From an uncultured Candidatus Binatia bacterium (GTDB taxonomy: Bacteria; Desulfobacterota; Binatia; UBA9968; JAJDTQ01), in NCBI GenBank assembly GCA_964291295.2, contig OZ219754.1, positions 640,001 through 704,000 on the forward strand: DNA of 64,000 bases. Direction: 5' to 3'. Positions 30,909-41,043 of the stretch are shown here, piece by piece. Numbering within the stretch: position 1 is the stretch's first letter; every line of letters starts with the position of its first letter. The notes below the pieces were generated by a model that saw only the letters and a program-made list of their open reading frames with translations, was not told where the DNA came from and made no database searches. The translations under genes and the position numbers were made by a program.

Positions 30909-31835
30909 ATGAACTACACTCGTCTCGGCAATACCGGTCTCGTGACAAGCGTGGTCGGACTGGGTTGCGGCGGCCCGAGTCGGCTGGGACGGCGCGCGGG
31001 CAGGAGCACCGACCACTCGGTCCGGCTGGTCCGCAAGGCGATGGACCTGGGCGTGAACCTGCTCGACACGGCGGAAGGCTATGGTACCGAGGAGATCGTC
31101 GGCGCGGCCATCCGCGGCGTTCCCCGGGACCGCGTGGTGGTGTCCACCAAGAAGGCTCTTCCCGGACCGGAAGAACCCGATCCCCCGGGCACCCTGCGGG
31201 CGGGGGTGGAAGCGAGCCTGAAGCGGCTGGGTACGGACTACGTGGACATCTTCCACCTCCACGGCTTGAGCGCCGCGCGTTACGACTTCGCCGCCCACGT
31301 GCTGGCGCCGGTGGTCACGGACTTGCGCGAGGCGGGCAAGGTCCGCGCGGTGGGCATCACCGAAGACTTCCCCGCCAACCCGCGTCACGAGATGTTGCAG
31401 CGGGGCCTGCGCGACGCCTGGTGGGACGTGGTGATGGTGGGCTTCAATCTGCTGAATCCGTCGGCGCGCCGGAGCGTGTTCCCCCTTGCGAGGGAGAAGG
31501 GCGTGGGCACCCTGGTGATGTTCGCGGTCCGGCGCGCCTTGAGCCGACCGGCGAACCTCGAAAAGCTGCTGCGGGAGATGGAACAACGCGCCATCCTGGC
31601 ACCCGGCGCCGACCTCGGTTTCCTCACCGGGAACGGCTGTGCCGAAACCCTGGCCGAGGCGGCCTACCGCTTCTGCGTCCACGAGCCGGGCGTGGACGCG
31701 GTGCTGGCGGGAACCGGCGACGAAAGCCACCTGGAGGCCAATATCGCCGCCGCACTCAAGCCGCCGCTCCCCGCCGAAGCGCGGGAGCGCCTCCGGACGC
31801 TTTTCGGCAATGTGGACTCGGTCACCGGCAACTGA
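30909..31835 (+). CDS. Aldo/keto reductase
   Basis: YTRLGNTGL, DTAEGYG, STK, SLKRLGTDYVDIFHLH, GKVRAVG; GAGG RBS. Confidence 0.92.
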   Translation: MNYTRLGNTGLVTSVVGLGCGGPSRLGRRAGRSTDHSVRLVRKAMDLGVNLLDTAEGYGTEEIVGAAIRGVPRDRVVVSTKKALPGPEEPDPPGTLRAGVEASLKRLGTDYVDIFHLHGLSAARYDFAAHVLAPVVTDLREAGKVRAVGITEDFPANPRHEMLQRGLRDAWWDVVMVGFNLLNPSARRSVFPLAREKGVGTLVMFAVRRALSRPANLEKLLREMEQRAILAPGADLGFLTGNGCAETLAEAAYRFCVHEPGVDAVLAGTGDESHLEANIAAALKPPLPAEARERLRTLFGNVDSVTGN

Positions 31836-31924
31836 AGGCGCGCGGCCGCCTCACCTTGCCGCTTTGGCCCTTTCCACCATTCCCGCGTCCGCGGGAACCA
31901 CCTTCTCGGACCCCGGCCCGACCA

Positions 31925-32803
31925 TCAACCGAAACGCCCGGTGATGTATTCCTCGGTCAGGGGGTGGATCGGGTTGGTGAAGATCTGATCGGTGGGACCC
32001 ACTTCCAGCAGATCTCCCAGGTGGAAGTACGCGGTGCGCTGGGACACCCGGGCGGCCTGCTGCATGGAATGGGTGACGATGGTGATGGTATAGTCGCGCC
32101 CCAACTCGTTGATCAGATCCTCCACCTTGGCGGTGGCAATGGGATCGAGGGCCGAGCATGGCTCATCCATGAGAATGACCTCGGGACTCACCGCGATGGT
32201 CCGGGCAATGCACAGCCGCTGCTGCTGGCCGCCGGACAGCCCGGTGCCAGGCTGATCCAGCCGGTCGCTCACCTCATCCCACAGGCCGGCGCGCTTGAGG
32301 CTCATTTCCACGATCCCCTCGACCTCGGACTTGGACTCCGCCAGCCCGTGGATGCGCACGCCATAGGCGACGTTGTCGAAGATCGACTTCGGGAAGGGAT
32401 TGGGCTTCTGGAACACCATGCCGACCATGGCTCTCAGCGGCACCACATCCATGTCCCTGTCGTAGATGTCCTCGCCATCGAGCCTGATCTCGCCGGTCAT
32501 GCGGCAGCCGTCGATGGTGTCGTTCATCCGGTTGAGCGCCCGCAGAAAGGTGGACTTGCCGCACCCGGACGGCCCGATCATCGCGAGCACCTGCTCCCGC
32601 CCTATGTCCAGACTCACGTTCCTGATGGCGTGGTTGTCGCCGTAATAGACGTTCACGCCACGGCAGGTCATGCGGGGGTCGTCCGTGAACGGCGTGCCCA
32701 CGGTCTCGCGGCTTTCACGCCGTTCGTCGACATCCTCCATCTCGGCGGCACCGAACCCCAACGCAGCCGTTTCCATCGTTGCTACACCCGATTGATCTGT
32801 CAT
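31925..32803 (-). CDS. pstB: Phosphate ABC transporter ATPase
   Basis: [46 protein letters not shown]; start ATG 32803 after AGGAG. Confidence 0.97.
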   Translation of the reverse strand: MTDQSGVATMETAALGFGAAEMEDVDERRESRETVGTPFTDDPRMTCRGVNVYYGDNHAIRNVSLDIGREQVLAMIGPSGCGKSTFLRALNRMNDTIDGCRMTGEIRLDGEDIYDRDMDVVPLRAMVGMVFQKPNPFPKSIFDNVAYGVRIHGLAESKSEVEGIVEMSLKRAGLWDEVSDRLDQPGTGLSGGQQQRLCIARTIAVSPEVILMDEPCSALDPIATAKVEDLINELGRDYTITIVTHSMQQAARVSQRTAYFHLGDLLEVGPTDQIFTNPIHPLTEEYITGRFG

Positions 32804-32814
32804 GGTCGGCGTCT

Positions 32815-32940
32815 CCTGAATTCTCTCGCCCGAACCGTGTCGCCCGGATTCGCTCTCGCCTGAACTCTTTCCGCTGAACCCCTGTCCCCTGAATCCTGTC
32901 CTCTGAACTTGTCGCCCGAGCCCTGTCTCCCGAACTGTTC
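32815..32940. repeat. Degenerate about 14-bp tandem repeat (about 9 units) in the pstA-pstB gap
   Basis: (c/t)gaa-like cores at 32817, 32831, 32845, 32861, 32875, 32890, 32904, 32917, 32931. Confidence 0.65.
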
Positions 32941-33024
32941 CCGGTGCCCGCGCTGCTCCCGGTGCCGGCACCCAGGACCGCCACGGGCGGCGGCCCCGAC
33001 CCTCCCCGCACCCTCCCGGATCCG

Positions 33025-34314
33025 CTACCAGCGTCGTTCGAAACACCGCCGCAGCACGACGGCCGCCGCGTTCATGGCGATGAGAAACGTCAGCAGCACC
33101 ATGATCGCTGCGGAAGCCCGTTCCACGAATGCGCGTTCCGGACTGTCCAACCAGAGAAAGATCTGCACGGGCAATGCGGTCGCCGGATCCGTCACGCTTT
33201 GTGGAACGTCCACCACGAACGCGACCATGCCGATCATCAGCAGGGGTGCGGTCTCTCCCAAGGCCCGGGCCATGCCGATGATGGTCCCGGTCAACATGCC
33301 GGGCATGGCCAGGGGCAACACGTGGTGAGCGATCATCTGCATCCTGGACGCCCCTACCCCCAGGGCGGCTTCCCGAATCGAGGGCGGCACGGACGCGAGC
33401 GCCGCGCGGCTGGCGATGATGATGGTGGGGAGGGTCATCAGCGTCAGCACGAGCCCCCCCACCAGCGGCGCGGAACGCGGCAGACTGAAAAAATTGATGA
33501 ACAACGCCAGACCGAGCAGGCCGAAGACGATGGACGGTACGGCCGCGAGGTTGTTGATGTTGACCTCGATCAGGCCGGTCAGGCGATTCCTCGGCGCGAA
33601 CTCCTCCAGGTAGACGGCAGTGGCCACCCCCAGCGGGAAGGACAGCAACAGGGTCACCGCCAGCGTGAAGAACGACCCCATGGCCGCGCCCCGGATGCCC
33701 GCGAGCTCCGGCTCCCGGGAGTCGCCGGCGGTGAAGAAGGCGACATTGAAACGCGATTCGACACGCCCCTCGGCCAAGAGCCGGTCGAACCAGCCGATCT
33801 GCCTGTCGGACAGGCGCCGGGCCGCCTCCGGCAAGGTCCGATCGACGTTGCCCTTGTGAAGCATGTCGTAGTCGTCGTCGACGGGCACCCACAGTTCGGC
33901 TGTGGAGCCAACCAGCGAGGGATCCTCGAGCACCGCGCGGCGAAGCTCGAAGACGGTCCCCCGACTCACCAGCCGGGCGACGGCGCGCCGGTCCCGCCTC
34001 CCCTGAACCTCGGGAAAGAGCGAGCGAACCGAGTCCTTGACCAGACGGCCGTAGTCGGCGGACCCAAGGGTCTCGAGATCGCCGGTGCGCCGGGGATCGA
34101 TCACCTGCGGATCGAAATGGACCGGCAGCCTCACGTAGGTCTGCCGGAAGGCGGGGTAGCCGGTGACGATGATGTTGGCGAACATCAGCACCAGGAACGC
34201 GAGCCCCAGCACCACGGCTGCGCGGCCGCTGTTCCTGAAGCGGCGTTCGGCACGATTCCGGCGGGCCAGCGTCGCGCGTACGCGTTCGATGGTGCGTTTC
34301 GAGCCTGCCGCCAT
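33025..34314 (-). CDS. pstA: Phosphate ABC transporter permease PstA
   Basis: [32 protein letters not shown]. Confidence 0.96.
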   Translation of the reverse strand: MAAGSKRTIERVRATLARRNRAERRFRNSGRAAVVLGLAFLVLMFANIIVTGYPAFRQTYVRLPVHFDPQVIDPRRTGDLETLGSADYGRLVKDSVRSLFPEVQGRRDRRAVARLVSRGTVFELRRAVLEDPSLVGSTAELWVPVDDDYDMLHKGNVDRTLPEAARRLSDRQIGWFDRLLAEGRVESRFNVAFFTAGDSREPELAGIRGAAMGSFFTLAVTLLLSFPLGVATAVYLEEFAPRNRLTGLIEVNINNLAAVPSIVFGLLGLALFINFFSLPRSAPLVGGLVLTLMTLPTIIIASRAALASVPPSIREAALGVGASRMQMIAHHVLPLAMPGMLTGTIIGMARALGETAPLLMIGMVAFVVDVPQSVTDPATALPVQIFLWLDSPERAFVERASAAIMVLLTFLIAMNAAAVVLRRCFERRW

Positions 34315-34316
34315 GG

Positions 34317-35696
34317 CTACTCGTACTGTTCCCGGTACCGGCGCACGACCTGCAGGGCAATGACGTTCAGGCCCAGGGTGACGACGAAGAGCACCAGCCC
34401 CAACGCGAACGCGGCCAGCGTCTTGGCACTGTCGAACTCCTGGTCGCCGGTCAGCAGCGTCACGATCTGAACCGTGACGGTGGTAACCGACCGGAGCGGA
34501 TTGGCGGTGAGGTTGGCGGCCAGGCCGGCGGCCATGACAACGATCATGGTCTCCCCGATGGCGCGTGAGACCGCCAGCAGAACGCCGCCGACGATACCCG
34601 GAAGCGCCGCGGGGACCACCACCTTCCGGATGGTCTCGGACTGGGTCGAACCCAACGCATAGGCGCCGTCACGCATGGCTTGCGGCACGGCGTTGATCAC
34701 GTCATCGGAAAGCGAGGAGACGAACGGAATGATCATCACCCCCATGACCAGGCCGGCGGCCAGGGCGCTTTCGGACGCCACGTCGAGGCCGGCGCGTTCG
34801 CCCAGACCGCGGATGAACGGCGCCACCACAAGGGCCGCGAAGAAACCGTAGACCACGGTGGGTATCCCCGCCAGCACTTCGAGCAGGGGCTTGACCACGC
34901 CGCGCACGTTCGGCTGCGCGTACTCGGCCAGATAAATGGCCGACATCAGGCCCACCGGCACCGCCACCAGCATGGCGATGAAGGAGATCAACAGCGTGCC
35001 GGCGAAGAGCGGAATGGCGCCGAAGGTCCCCGAAGCGCCCACCTGGTCGGCTCGAATGGCCATCTGCGGGCTCCACACGGTGCCGAAGAGAAAATCGCTC
35101 CACGGCACGATCTGAAAGAAGCGGAGCGACTCGAACAGCACCGACAGCACGATCCCGATGGTGGTAAGGATCGCGATGGTCGAACTGGCCATCAGGAGGC
35201 CCAGCACGGTTCGCTCGACGGAATTCCGCGCCCGCTTCCCGGGTTGGATGGCGCGCCATGCCATGGCGGCGCAGAACGCGGCGAACGCCAGCACGGCCGC
35301 GTTGATGGCGATGGCGGCGTATCCCTGCAGCCTCGCGTAACGGTCCGCCGCCGCCACGATAGCCGGACTTTTCCGGGAAGCGATATTGCCGGATGCCAGA
35401 TTACGGATATCGTTGATGACCAGATCAAGCCGCTCCTGCGGCAGGCTCCGGATCTCCCGCGGCAGGTCGGCGACCACGACCTGGGTGACGACCGGGCCTC
35501 GGAGGGTCCCCCCGATGGCCAGCAGCAGGAGTGCGGGCACCGTGGCCCAGAGGGCGGTGTAGAGCCCATGATAGCCTGGAAGGGAGTGGAGGTTGCGGAC
35601 GGTTCCCCGGGCCAGTGAGAGGGAGCGCCGCCAGCCCAGGTAGTAGCTGACGGAGCTCAAGCCCAGCAATGCAAGGATCAGACCCGGGGAACCCAT
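34317..35696 (-). CDS. pstC: Phosphate ABC transporter permease PstC
   Basis: [23 protein letters not shown]; position in pst operon. Confidence 0.96.
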   Translation of the reverse strand: MGSPGLILALLGLSSVSYYLGWRRSLSLARGTVRNLHSLPGYHGLYTALWATVPALLLLAIGGTLRGPVVTQVVVADLPREIRSLPQERLDLVINDIRNLASGNIASRKSPAIVAAADRYARLQGYAAIAINAAVLAFAAFCAAMAWRAIQPGKRARNSVERTVLGLLMASSTIAILTTIGIVLSVLFESLRFFQIVPWSDFLFGTVWSPQMAIRADQVGASGTFGAIPLFAGTLLISFIAMLVAVPVGLMSAIYLAEYAQPNVRGVVKPLLEVLAGIPTVVYGFFAALVVAPFIRGLGERAGLDVASESALAAGLVMGVMIIPFVSSLSDDVINAVPQAMRDGAYALGSTQSETIRKVVVPAALPGIVGGVLLAVSRAIGETMIVVMAAGLAANLTANPLRSVTTVTVQIVTLLTGDQEFDSAKTLAAFALGLVLFVVTLGLNVIALQVVRRYREQYE

Positions 35697-35703
35697 GGAT
35701 TAC

Positions 35704-36762
35704 CTACAGACTGAGGCTCTTCAGATTCTTCACGTCCGAAGAGAATTGCTCGCGCTCTTTCTTCGGCATCGGGATCAGCCCCTTGTCGGACAGGTAACCG
35801 TCGTCACCCCAGGCCTTCTCGCTGGTGTACTCGGCCAGGAACTCCCGCATGCCGCTGATCACGCCCAGATGGGCCTTCTTGATGTAGACGTAGAGCGGGC
35901 GCGACACCTGGTAGCTGCCGTCGGCGATGGTCTCGAACTCGGGCTTGACGCCGTTGATGGACGTGCCCTGGATCCTGTCGGTGTTCTGGTCGAGAAAGCT
36001 GAAGCCGAAGATCCCGAAGGCGTCGGGATTGGCGTCCAGCTTCTGCACGATCAGATTGTCGTTCTCGCCCGCCTCGATGAAAGCCCCGTCCTCACGCATG
36101 CTGCGGCAAACGGCCTTTCGGATTTTCGAAGCCAGCTTCTTGATGCCGGAATACTGCTTGCACCCCGCATCCATCACCAGTTCGACGAAAGCATCCCGCG
36201 TGCCGGAGGTCGGCGGCGGCCCCAGCACCTCGATCTTCAGGTCCGGCAACTTCGCGTTGACGTCCTTCCAGGTCTTGTGCGGATTCGCCTTGCGCTGGCT
36301 GCCGTCGGCATTGGCCGGCACGTCCTTGGCCAGGGCGAGGTAGAGGTCGCGAGGCGTGAGCGCAAGCGGCCTGCTCTTCTTCGAATTGGCCACCGCAATG
36401 CCATCGTAGCCGACCTTGAGCTCGACGATCTCCTTGACGCCGTTCCCGGCGCAGCGCTCGACCTCGCTCATCTTGATGCGCCGCGACGAGTTGGTCAGAT
36501 CCGGGTGTTCCACGCCGATGCCGGCACAGAAGAGCTTCAGGCCGCCGCCCGAGCCGGTGGACTCGACCTTGGGGGTCTTGAACCGGGTGGTCTTGCCGAA
36601 CTGTTCGGCAACAACGGTGGTGAACGGATAGACCGTGGACGACCCAACGATCTGGATGTAGTCACGCTGCTGTGCTGCGGCCGGAGTCGCCAGACCCGCC
36701 ACGGCCAACGCGGCGACTGCGGCAGTCAAGAGACCTTTCGGAACTGTGGCTCTCGGAACCAT
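35704..36762 (-). CDS. pstS: Phosphate ABC transporter substrate-binding protein
   Basis: Signal peptide, IVGSSTVYP, STGSGGG, GPPPTSGTRD, YQVSRPLYVY; start ATG 36762 after AAGGAGG. Confidence 0.95.
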   Translation of the reverse strand: MVPRATVPKGLLTAAVAALAVAGLATPAAAQQRDYIQIVGSSTVYPFTTVVAEQFGKTTRFKTPKVESTGSGGGLKLFCAGIGVEHPDLTNSSRRIKMSEVERCAGNGVKEIVELKVGYDGIAVANSKKSRPLALTPRDLYLALAKDVPANADGSQRKANPHKTWKDVNAKLPDLKIEVLGPPPTSGTRDAFVELVMDAGCKQYSGIKKLASKIRKAVCRSMREDGAFIEAGENDNLIVQKLDANPDAFGIFGFSFLDQNTDRIQGTSINGVKPEFETIADGSYQVSRPLYVYIKKAHLGVISGMREFLAEYTSEKAWGDDGYLSDKGLIPMPKKEREQFSSDVKNLKSLSL

Positions 36763-36857
36763 GGGTACACCCTCCTTTGGTTGCAACCTTGTCGCTTTGC
36801 CCGGTCCAAGCCCAATCACTCGGCAAGGGGCACCGCGAACCCGTACGTACAGCCGGG

Positions 36858-36935
36858 AGTGTAGTCAAGGACGATTAACACTCTATGACGGCCGCGTCAC
36901 AGGGGGGTTAAGAGAATGTTACGAGTCTGTTACGG
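36858..36935 (-). promoter_or_regulatory. Pho-box array (six 11-bp units) and -10 of the pstS promoter
   Basis: Minus-strand GTAAC, GTAAC, TTAAC, GTGAC, GTCAT, TTAAT at exact 11-bp spacing (36929 to 36874), then TACACT (36858-36863) 10 nt downstream. Confidence 0.8.
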
Positions 36936-36999
36936 CGCTCGGCTGGCACCCGTGCCCGATCTCGCGTAGACTGACCGCATACGTTCGTGTCCGTCGGTC

Positions 37000-37125
37000 C
37001 GCCGTTCCGGATCCGCCATTTCGGGTTCGCCGTCTCGGATCCGTCGTTTCAGATGCGTCGTTCCGGGTTCGTAGTTCCGGGGTCGCCATTTGAGAACCGC
37101 CGTTTCGGGACCATCGTTTCGGAGC
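37000..37125. repeat. Nine degenerate 14-bp tandem repeats upstream of dsbA
   Basis: cgccgttccggatc, cgccatttcgggtt, cgccgtctcggatc, cgtcgtttcagatg, cgtcgttccgggtt, cgtagttccggggt, cgccatttgagaac, cgccgtttcgggac, catcgtttcggagc. Confidence 0.8.
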
Positions 37126-37142
37126 CGCGTTCGAGGAGTTGC

Positions 37143-37889
37143 ATGATGTTGCGTGTTGCAGCCGGCTGCGTTCTTTTTCTGCTCGCATGGATGGCTCCGG
37201 TCTCTTTCGCTCAACAGCCATCCGGGCCACGTTCCGCGGAAGAAATCGGGAAGATCATCCGGGAGTACCTCCTGGAGAACCCGGAGGTGATCTTCGAGGC
37301 CGTGGCCCGCCACAGGCAGGAGCAGCAGCGGCTGCAGGCGGAACGCGACCGGGCCGCGGTCGCGCAACACGCCCAGACGCTTCTGGCAGACCCCGACTCC
37401 TTCGTGGGCGGCAACCCCGAGGGCAGCGTGACCCTGGTGGAGTTCTTCGACTACAGCTGCGGTGCCTGCAAGCAGTTTGCGCCGCTGCTGAGGCGGATCA
37501 AGGAGCAGGATCCGGAGTTGCGGGTGGTCTACAAGGAGTTCCCGGTGCTGGGTCAGGACTCGGTCCGGGCGGCGCAGGCCGCGCTGGCGGCCCGGAATCA
37601 GGGATACTACCTGGAACTTCATGAAGCCTTGATGGGCGCTGGCGGAATGTTGACCGACGAAACCATCATGACGGTGGCGCGTTCCGTGGGTCTGGACGTG
37701 GAGCGGCTCAAGAAAGACATGGAAACGCCGAGGATCCTCGACATCCTCCACAACAACCACCGTCTCGCCACCGCCCTGAACATCGACGGCACCCCGGCAC
37801 TGATCATCGGCGACAGGATCGTCAGGGGCGCGATCCCGCTGGAGAACCTCGCCGCGGTGATCGCCCAGGCCCGGACCAAGGGCTCCTGA
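37143..37889 (+). CDS. DsbA/Com1 (ScsC-like) thiol-disulfide oxidoreductase
   Basis: Signal peptide, EYLLENPEVI, EFFDYSCGACK, KEFPVLG, GTPA; GAGGAG RBS. Confidence 0.92.
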   Translation: MMLRVAAGCVLFLLAWMAPVSFAQQPSGPRSAEEIGKIIREYLLENPEVIFEAVARHRQEQQRLQAERDRAAVAQHAQTLLADPDSFVGGNPEGSVTLVEFFDYSCGACKQFAPLLRRIKEQDPELRVVYKEFPVLGQDSVRAAQAALAARNQGYYLELHEALMGAGGMLTDETIMTVARSVGLDVERLKKDMETPRILDILHNNHRLATALNIDGTPALIIGDRIVRGAIPLENLAAVIAQARTKGS

Positions 37890-37955
37890 CCCGGCCGGTT
37901 CATCACCGGCCGGCAGCCCCCCTCAGCGCACGCCGCCATCGCGGCCGATTCCGCC

Positions 37956-38771
37956 ATGACCGAAACCCTCGAGAAGATACGCGTGGTGCTGGTTCGGCCC
38001 AAGGGGTCCGGCAACATCGGGTCCGTGGCCCGGGCCATGAAGAACACCGGCGTCCGGGACCTGGCACTCGTGGGCGGCGGGCGCACCGCGAGCCTCTCGG
38101 CCCGTTCCATGGCGGTTCACGCCCGGGACATCCTGGACGGCGCACACCGATTCGAAACCATTCGCGAAGCGGTCGCGGACTGCGGCCTGGTGGTGGGGAC
38201 CACCTGCCGCAAGGGGCTTTACCGCGACCGTGTCCAACTCCCTCGTGAAGCCGCGCAGGATCTGGTGGCAGCCGTGCGGGACGATGACGCCAGACCGGCG
38301 GCGCTCCTGTTCGGGCCGGAGGACCACGGCCTGAGCAACGCGGACATCCGGTATTGCCAGCGCCTCGTCACGATTCCGAGCCACCCGGAACAGCCGTCCC
38401 TCAACCTGGCCCAGGCCGTCATGGTGTGCCTGTACGAAGTCTACCGGGCGGCGGCCCCGGGGCCGCCGCCCGCCGGGCACATCAAGCGGGCGCCGGTGGA
38501 AGCGGTCGAGGCCCTGTTCGACCGCATGAGGGCGACCCTCCTCGAGGTGGGCTTTCTCGACCCCCGGAATCCCGAGCACATCCTCCTGGCGCTGCGCCGC
38601 ATCCTTGGGCGCGCAGGCCTTGAGGAGCGGGACGTCAAGATCCTCAGCGGCCTGTTCCGCCAAGTGGGATGGTATACCCGGGGCGGCCGGAAAGTGGCGA
38701 AAGAGAAGGCGGAACAGTTGGCCGAAGCGGATGCGGCAGAGGAAGGGCGGCAGGGGGTGCGGCTGCGGTAG
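37956..38771 (+). CDS. trmJ: TrmJ/LasT SPOUT RNA methyltransferase
   Basis: GNIGSVARAMKN, FGPEDHGLSN, SLNLAQAV. Confidence 0.88.
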   Translation: MTETLEKIRVVLVRPKGSGNIGSVARAMKNTGVRDLALVGGGRTASLSARSMAVHARDILDGAHRFETIREAVADCGLVVGTTCRKGLYRDRVQLPREAAQDLVAAVRDDDARPAALLFGPEDHGLSNADIRYCQRLVTIPSHPEQPSLNLAQAVMVCLYEVYRAAAPGPPPAGHIKRAPVEAVEALFDRMRATLLEVGFLDPRNPEHILLALRRILGRAGLEERDVKILSGLFRQVGWYTRGGRKVAKEKAEQLAEADAAEEGRQGVRLR

Positions 38772-38785
38772 TCCGCCGGTGCGCG

Positions 38786-39703
38786 TCACCGGCTTCGCAC
38801 CGTCCGGAGCTCCTGCAATTCCTCCAGGTCTTCCAGCGTTCGCGGCCAGTCCTTTTTCATGAGGCGCGACAGAGAGCGGTCCGCCAGCAGCCGTCCGCCG
38901 GTCTGGCAGCGGGCGCAGTAGTTGCATTCGTTGGCCGCGTAGCGGATCCGCTGCACGCGGGAGCCGCAGTCCGGACAAGGCTCCCGGTAACGCCCGTGCA
39001 CGGCCATGCCCGGCCGGAACGCCGTCACCTTCTCGGGAAAGGCGCCGCCGGTCTCCTGGCGGAGCTTGCGGCACCAGCCCTGAAGCACATCCCGGACCGC
39101 GTCGAAGAGGGTTTCGGTCTCCGCCTCGTCAAGCTGCCGCGTCTGCTTCATCGGCGACAGCCGGGCGCGGTGCAGTATCTCGTCGGAGTAGGCGTTGCCG
39201 ATGCCGCTGAACAGGCGCGGATCGGTGAGAGAACGCTTGAGCGTGTGGTTCTCGCTCCGCAGCACGCGCCGGAAAGCCTCCAGCGCGCAGTCCAGCACCT
39301 CGAGGCCGCCGGGGTCGTGGCGCTTCAGGTCGGCGGCGCCGCGCACGAGATGCAACGACGCGCGTTTTCTGGATCCGGCCTCGGTGAGGACCAGGGTGCC
39401 GGACGAAAGATCGAAGGCCGCCAGCCCGAGCCGGCCCGGGATGCGGGCGCCCCGCGCCCGCCAGCGGAACCGCCCGGCGATCATCAGATGAACGACCAGG
39501 AAGAGGTCGCCCTCCAGTTCGACGACGATGCGCTTGCCCAAACGCCGAAGACCCCGCACTCGGCGGTTCCCGGCTTCCTCGATGGGCGGATCCACGGACC
39601 GGAGCACGAACGGACTCGCGAGGCGGACCCTTTCCAGAGTCTCGCCCACGACACGCGGCTCCAGGGCGTGCATGTAGAGCACGATATCCGGCAGCTCGGG
39701 CAT
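38786..39703 (-). CDS. Fpg/Nei family DNA glycosylase
   Basis: MPELPD start, HLMIAG, SGIGNAYSDEI (H2TH), CPDC...CARCQ zinc finger. Confidence 0.93.
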   Translation of the reverse strand: MPELPDIVLYMHALEPRVVGETLERVRLASPFVLRSVDPPIEEAGNRRVRGLRRLGKRIVVELEGDLFLVVHLMIAGRFRWRARGARIPGRLGLAAFDLSSGTLVLTEAGSRKRASLHLVRGAADLKRHDPGGLEVLDCALEAFRRVLRSENHTLKRSLTDPRLFSGIGNAYSDEILHRARLSPMKQTRQLDEAETETLFDAVRDVLQGWCRKLRQETGGAFPEKVTAFRPGMAVHGRYREPCPDCGSRVQRIRYAANECNYCARCQTGGRLLADRSLSRLMKKDWPRTLEDLEELQELRTVRSR

Positions 39704-39990
39704 GCGGCCTCCCGATGCGGGCACAGGCAGGTTCGAAATGCCGTTCGGCGCCACGCCGCGCAGCCGCTCGCGGCCGTTTTCTTCCCGCCGCACGGCCTCC
39801 GCCTTCCCGGTTTCCGTGACCCTGGAACCGTGACCCTGGGAAAGCGGATCTGAACCAGTCAACAGGCGGTGTCGAACAACGGAGCCATGGACACGGAGCT
39901 TCCCGCATGGAATCCGTCGCGTGTCCATGCATGGCGCCCCCTGTTACGGCATGCGCGGACAGGCGTATGACGCAAAAGCGCGCGAGACGA

Positions 39991-40385
39991 TCATGGTTCC
40001 CGCGCTGCCTCCAGGTCACAGAGCGGAATATCCATGGCGCGGGCAACGGCGATCATCCGCCGATCATGGCTCGCGAGTGCCACGTCTTGGCCGTTCTCCG
40101 CCAGATACGCGCACGACGCCAGATGCAGGGCGTCAAGGGTTCTCAACGAGCCGGGGCCGGGAAAGGCCTCCAGCGCCCGCGCCAGAACCGACGGAGCGAG
40201 TTCCAGCAACGCACAGCCGGCGGGCTGTCTCGCCATGGGTCCCGGCGAGTCCGCGCCGGTGCAGCGACGACCATATCTCGTATTCCAGCAGCCGGCTGGA
40301 AACCAGGGTTTCGTCCCGGAGCGATGCCGGGGGCTGGCGATCCTCGGCGACAAGATGTGCAAGCGCGACCGACGTGTCGACTCTC
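39991..40385 (-). pseudogene. PIN-domain VapC toxin lacking its start and frameshifted near 40215
   Basis: VDTSVALAHL..LLEYEIW in one frame, LRTLDALHLAS..SHDRRM in another. Confidence 0.75.
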
Positions 40386-40637
40386 GGCCAGTTCCGCCAG
40401 AACCTCGTCCAACCGGGCAACCGGCGGCGGCCCCGAACCTGCCAGCGCCGGCGGCGCGAGCACGCCGGAGCGCACCGCATGGGCCAGGAAAGCGTCGGCG
40501 AGGACCGGGCTCCGGGGCGGTCCGAGCTCCGCCACCACCCGGTCCCGCTCCGTCACCAGGACCGTTTCTCCCGACGCGGCGAGCCGAACATACTCGCTCA
40601 GCCTGTTGTGCAGCACCTTGATCCCGACCGATCTCAT
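40380..40637 (-). pseudogene. Phd/YefM antitoxin with its stop codon lost
   Basis: MRSVGIKVLHNRLSEYVRLAASGETVLVTERDRVVAELGP; reads on out of frame through the toxin region. Confidence 0.75.
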
Positions 40638-41043
40638 GCATCCAAGGTAGTGACCGGTCGCCACCGCGTCAACCACCGGCGCGGGCAGACTCCACCAAAC
40701 CGTCAAGCCGGCGCCGGCGAGGAGTTGCGCTTCCTCGCCCGGCGAGGCCGACCGCGGTGCGTCCCGTTCGCCCATCTCATCCTCCCTTGCGTGCGTTCAC
40801 CGCCGCGGCCGGCCTGCTCGGAACGATTCGATGTCCGTCACCTGGAGCCCCCGCGGTACGCTTTCCGCGCGGACGAGGAGACGCCGCCCCGGAGCCCGGT
40901 CGGCCATGCTGGATCTCGCCAGTCCCGGATCACCAGGAGCCCCTGCTTATCAAGGGACTCCCGACAGCGCAGACGCCTCGTCAACAGGTCGCGGCGGCTC
41001 GCACGGGAATCGCGTCAGATGTCGCCCCGCTGCGGCGACGTCC

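Noticed and set aside
32804-34360. 811-aa extended PstB from the ORF track
   Set aside because: Extension overlaps pstA in another frame; a good RBS and ATG exist at 32803
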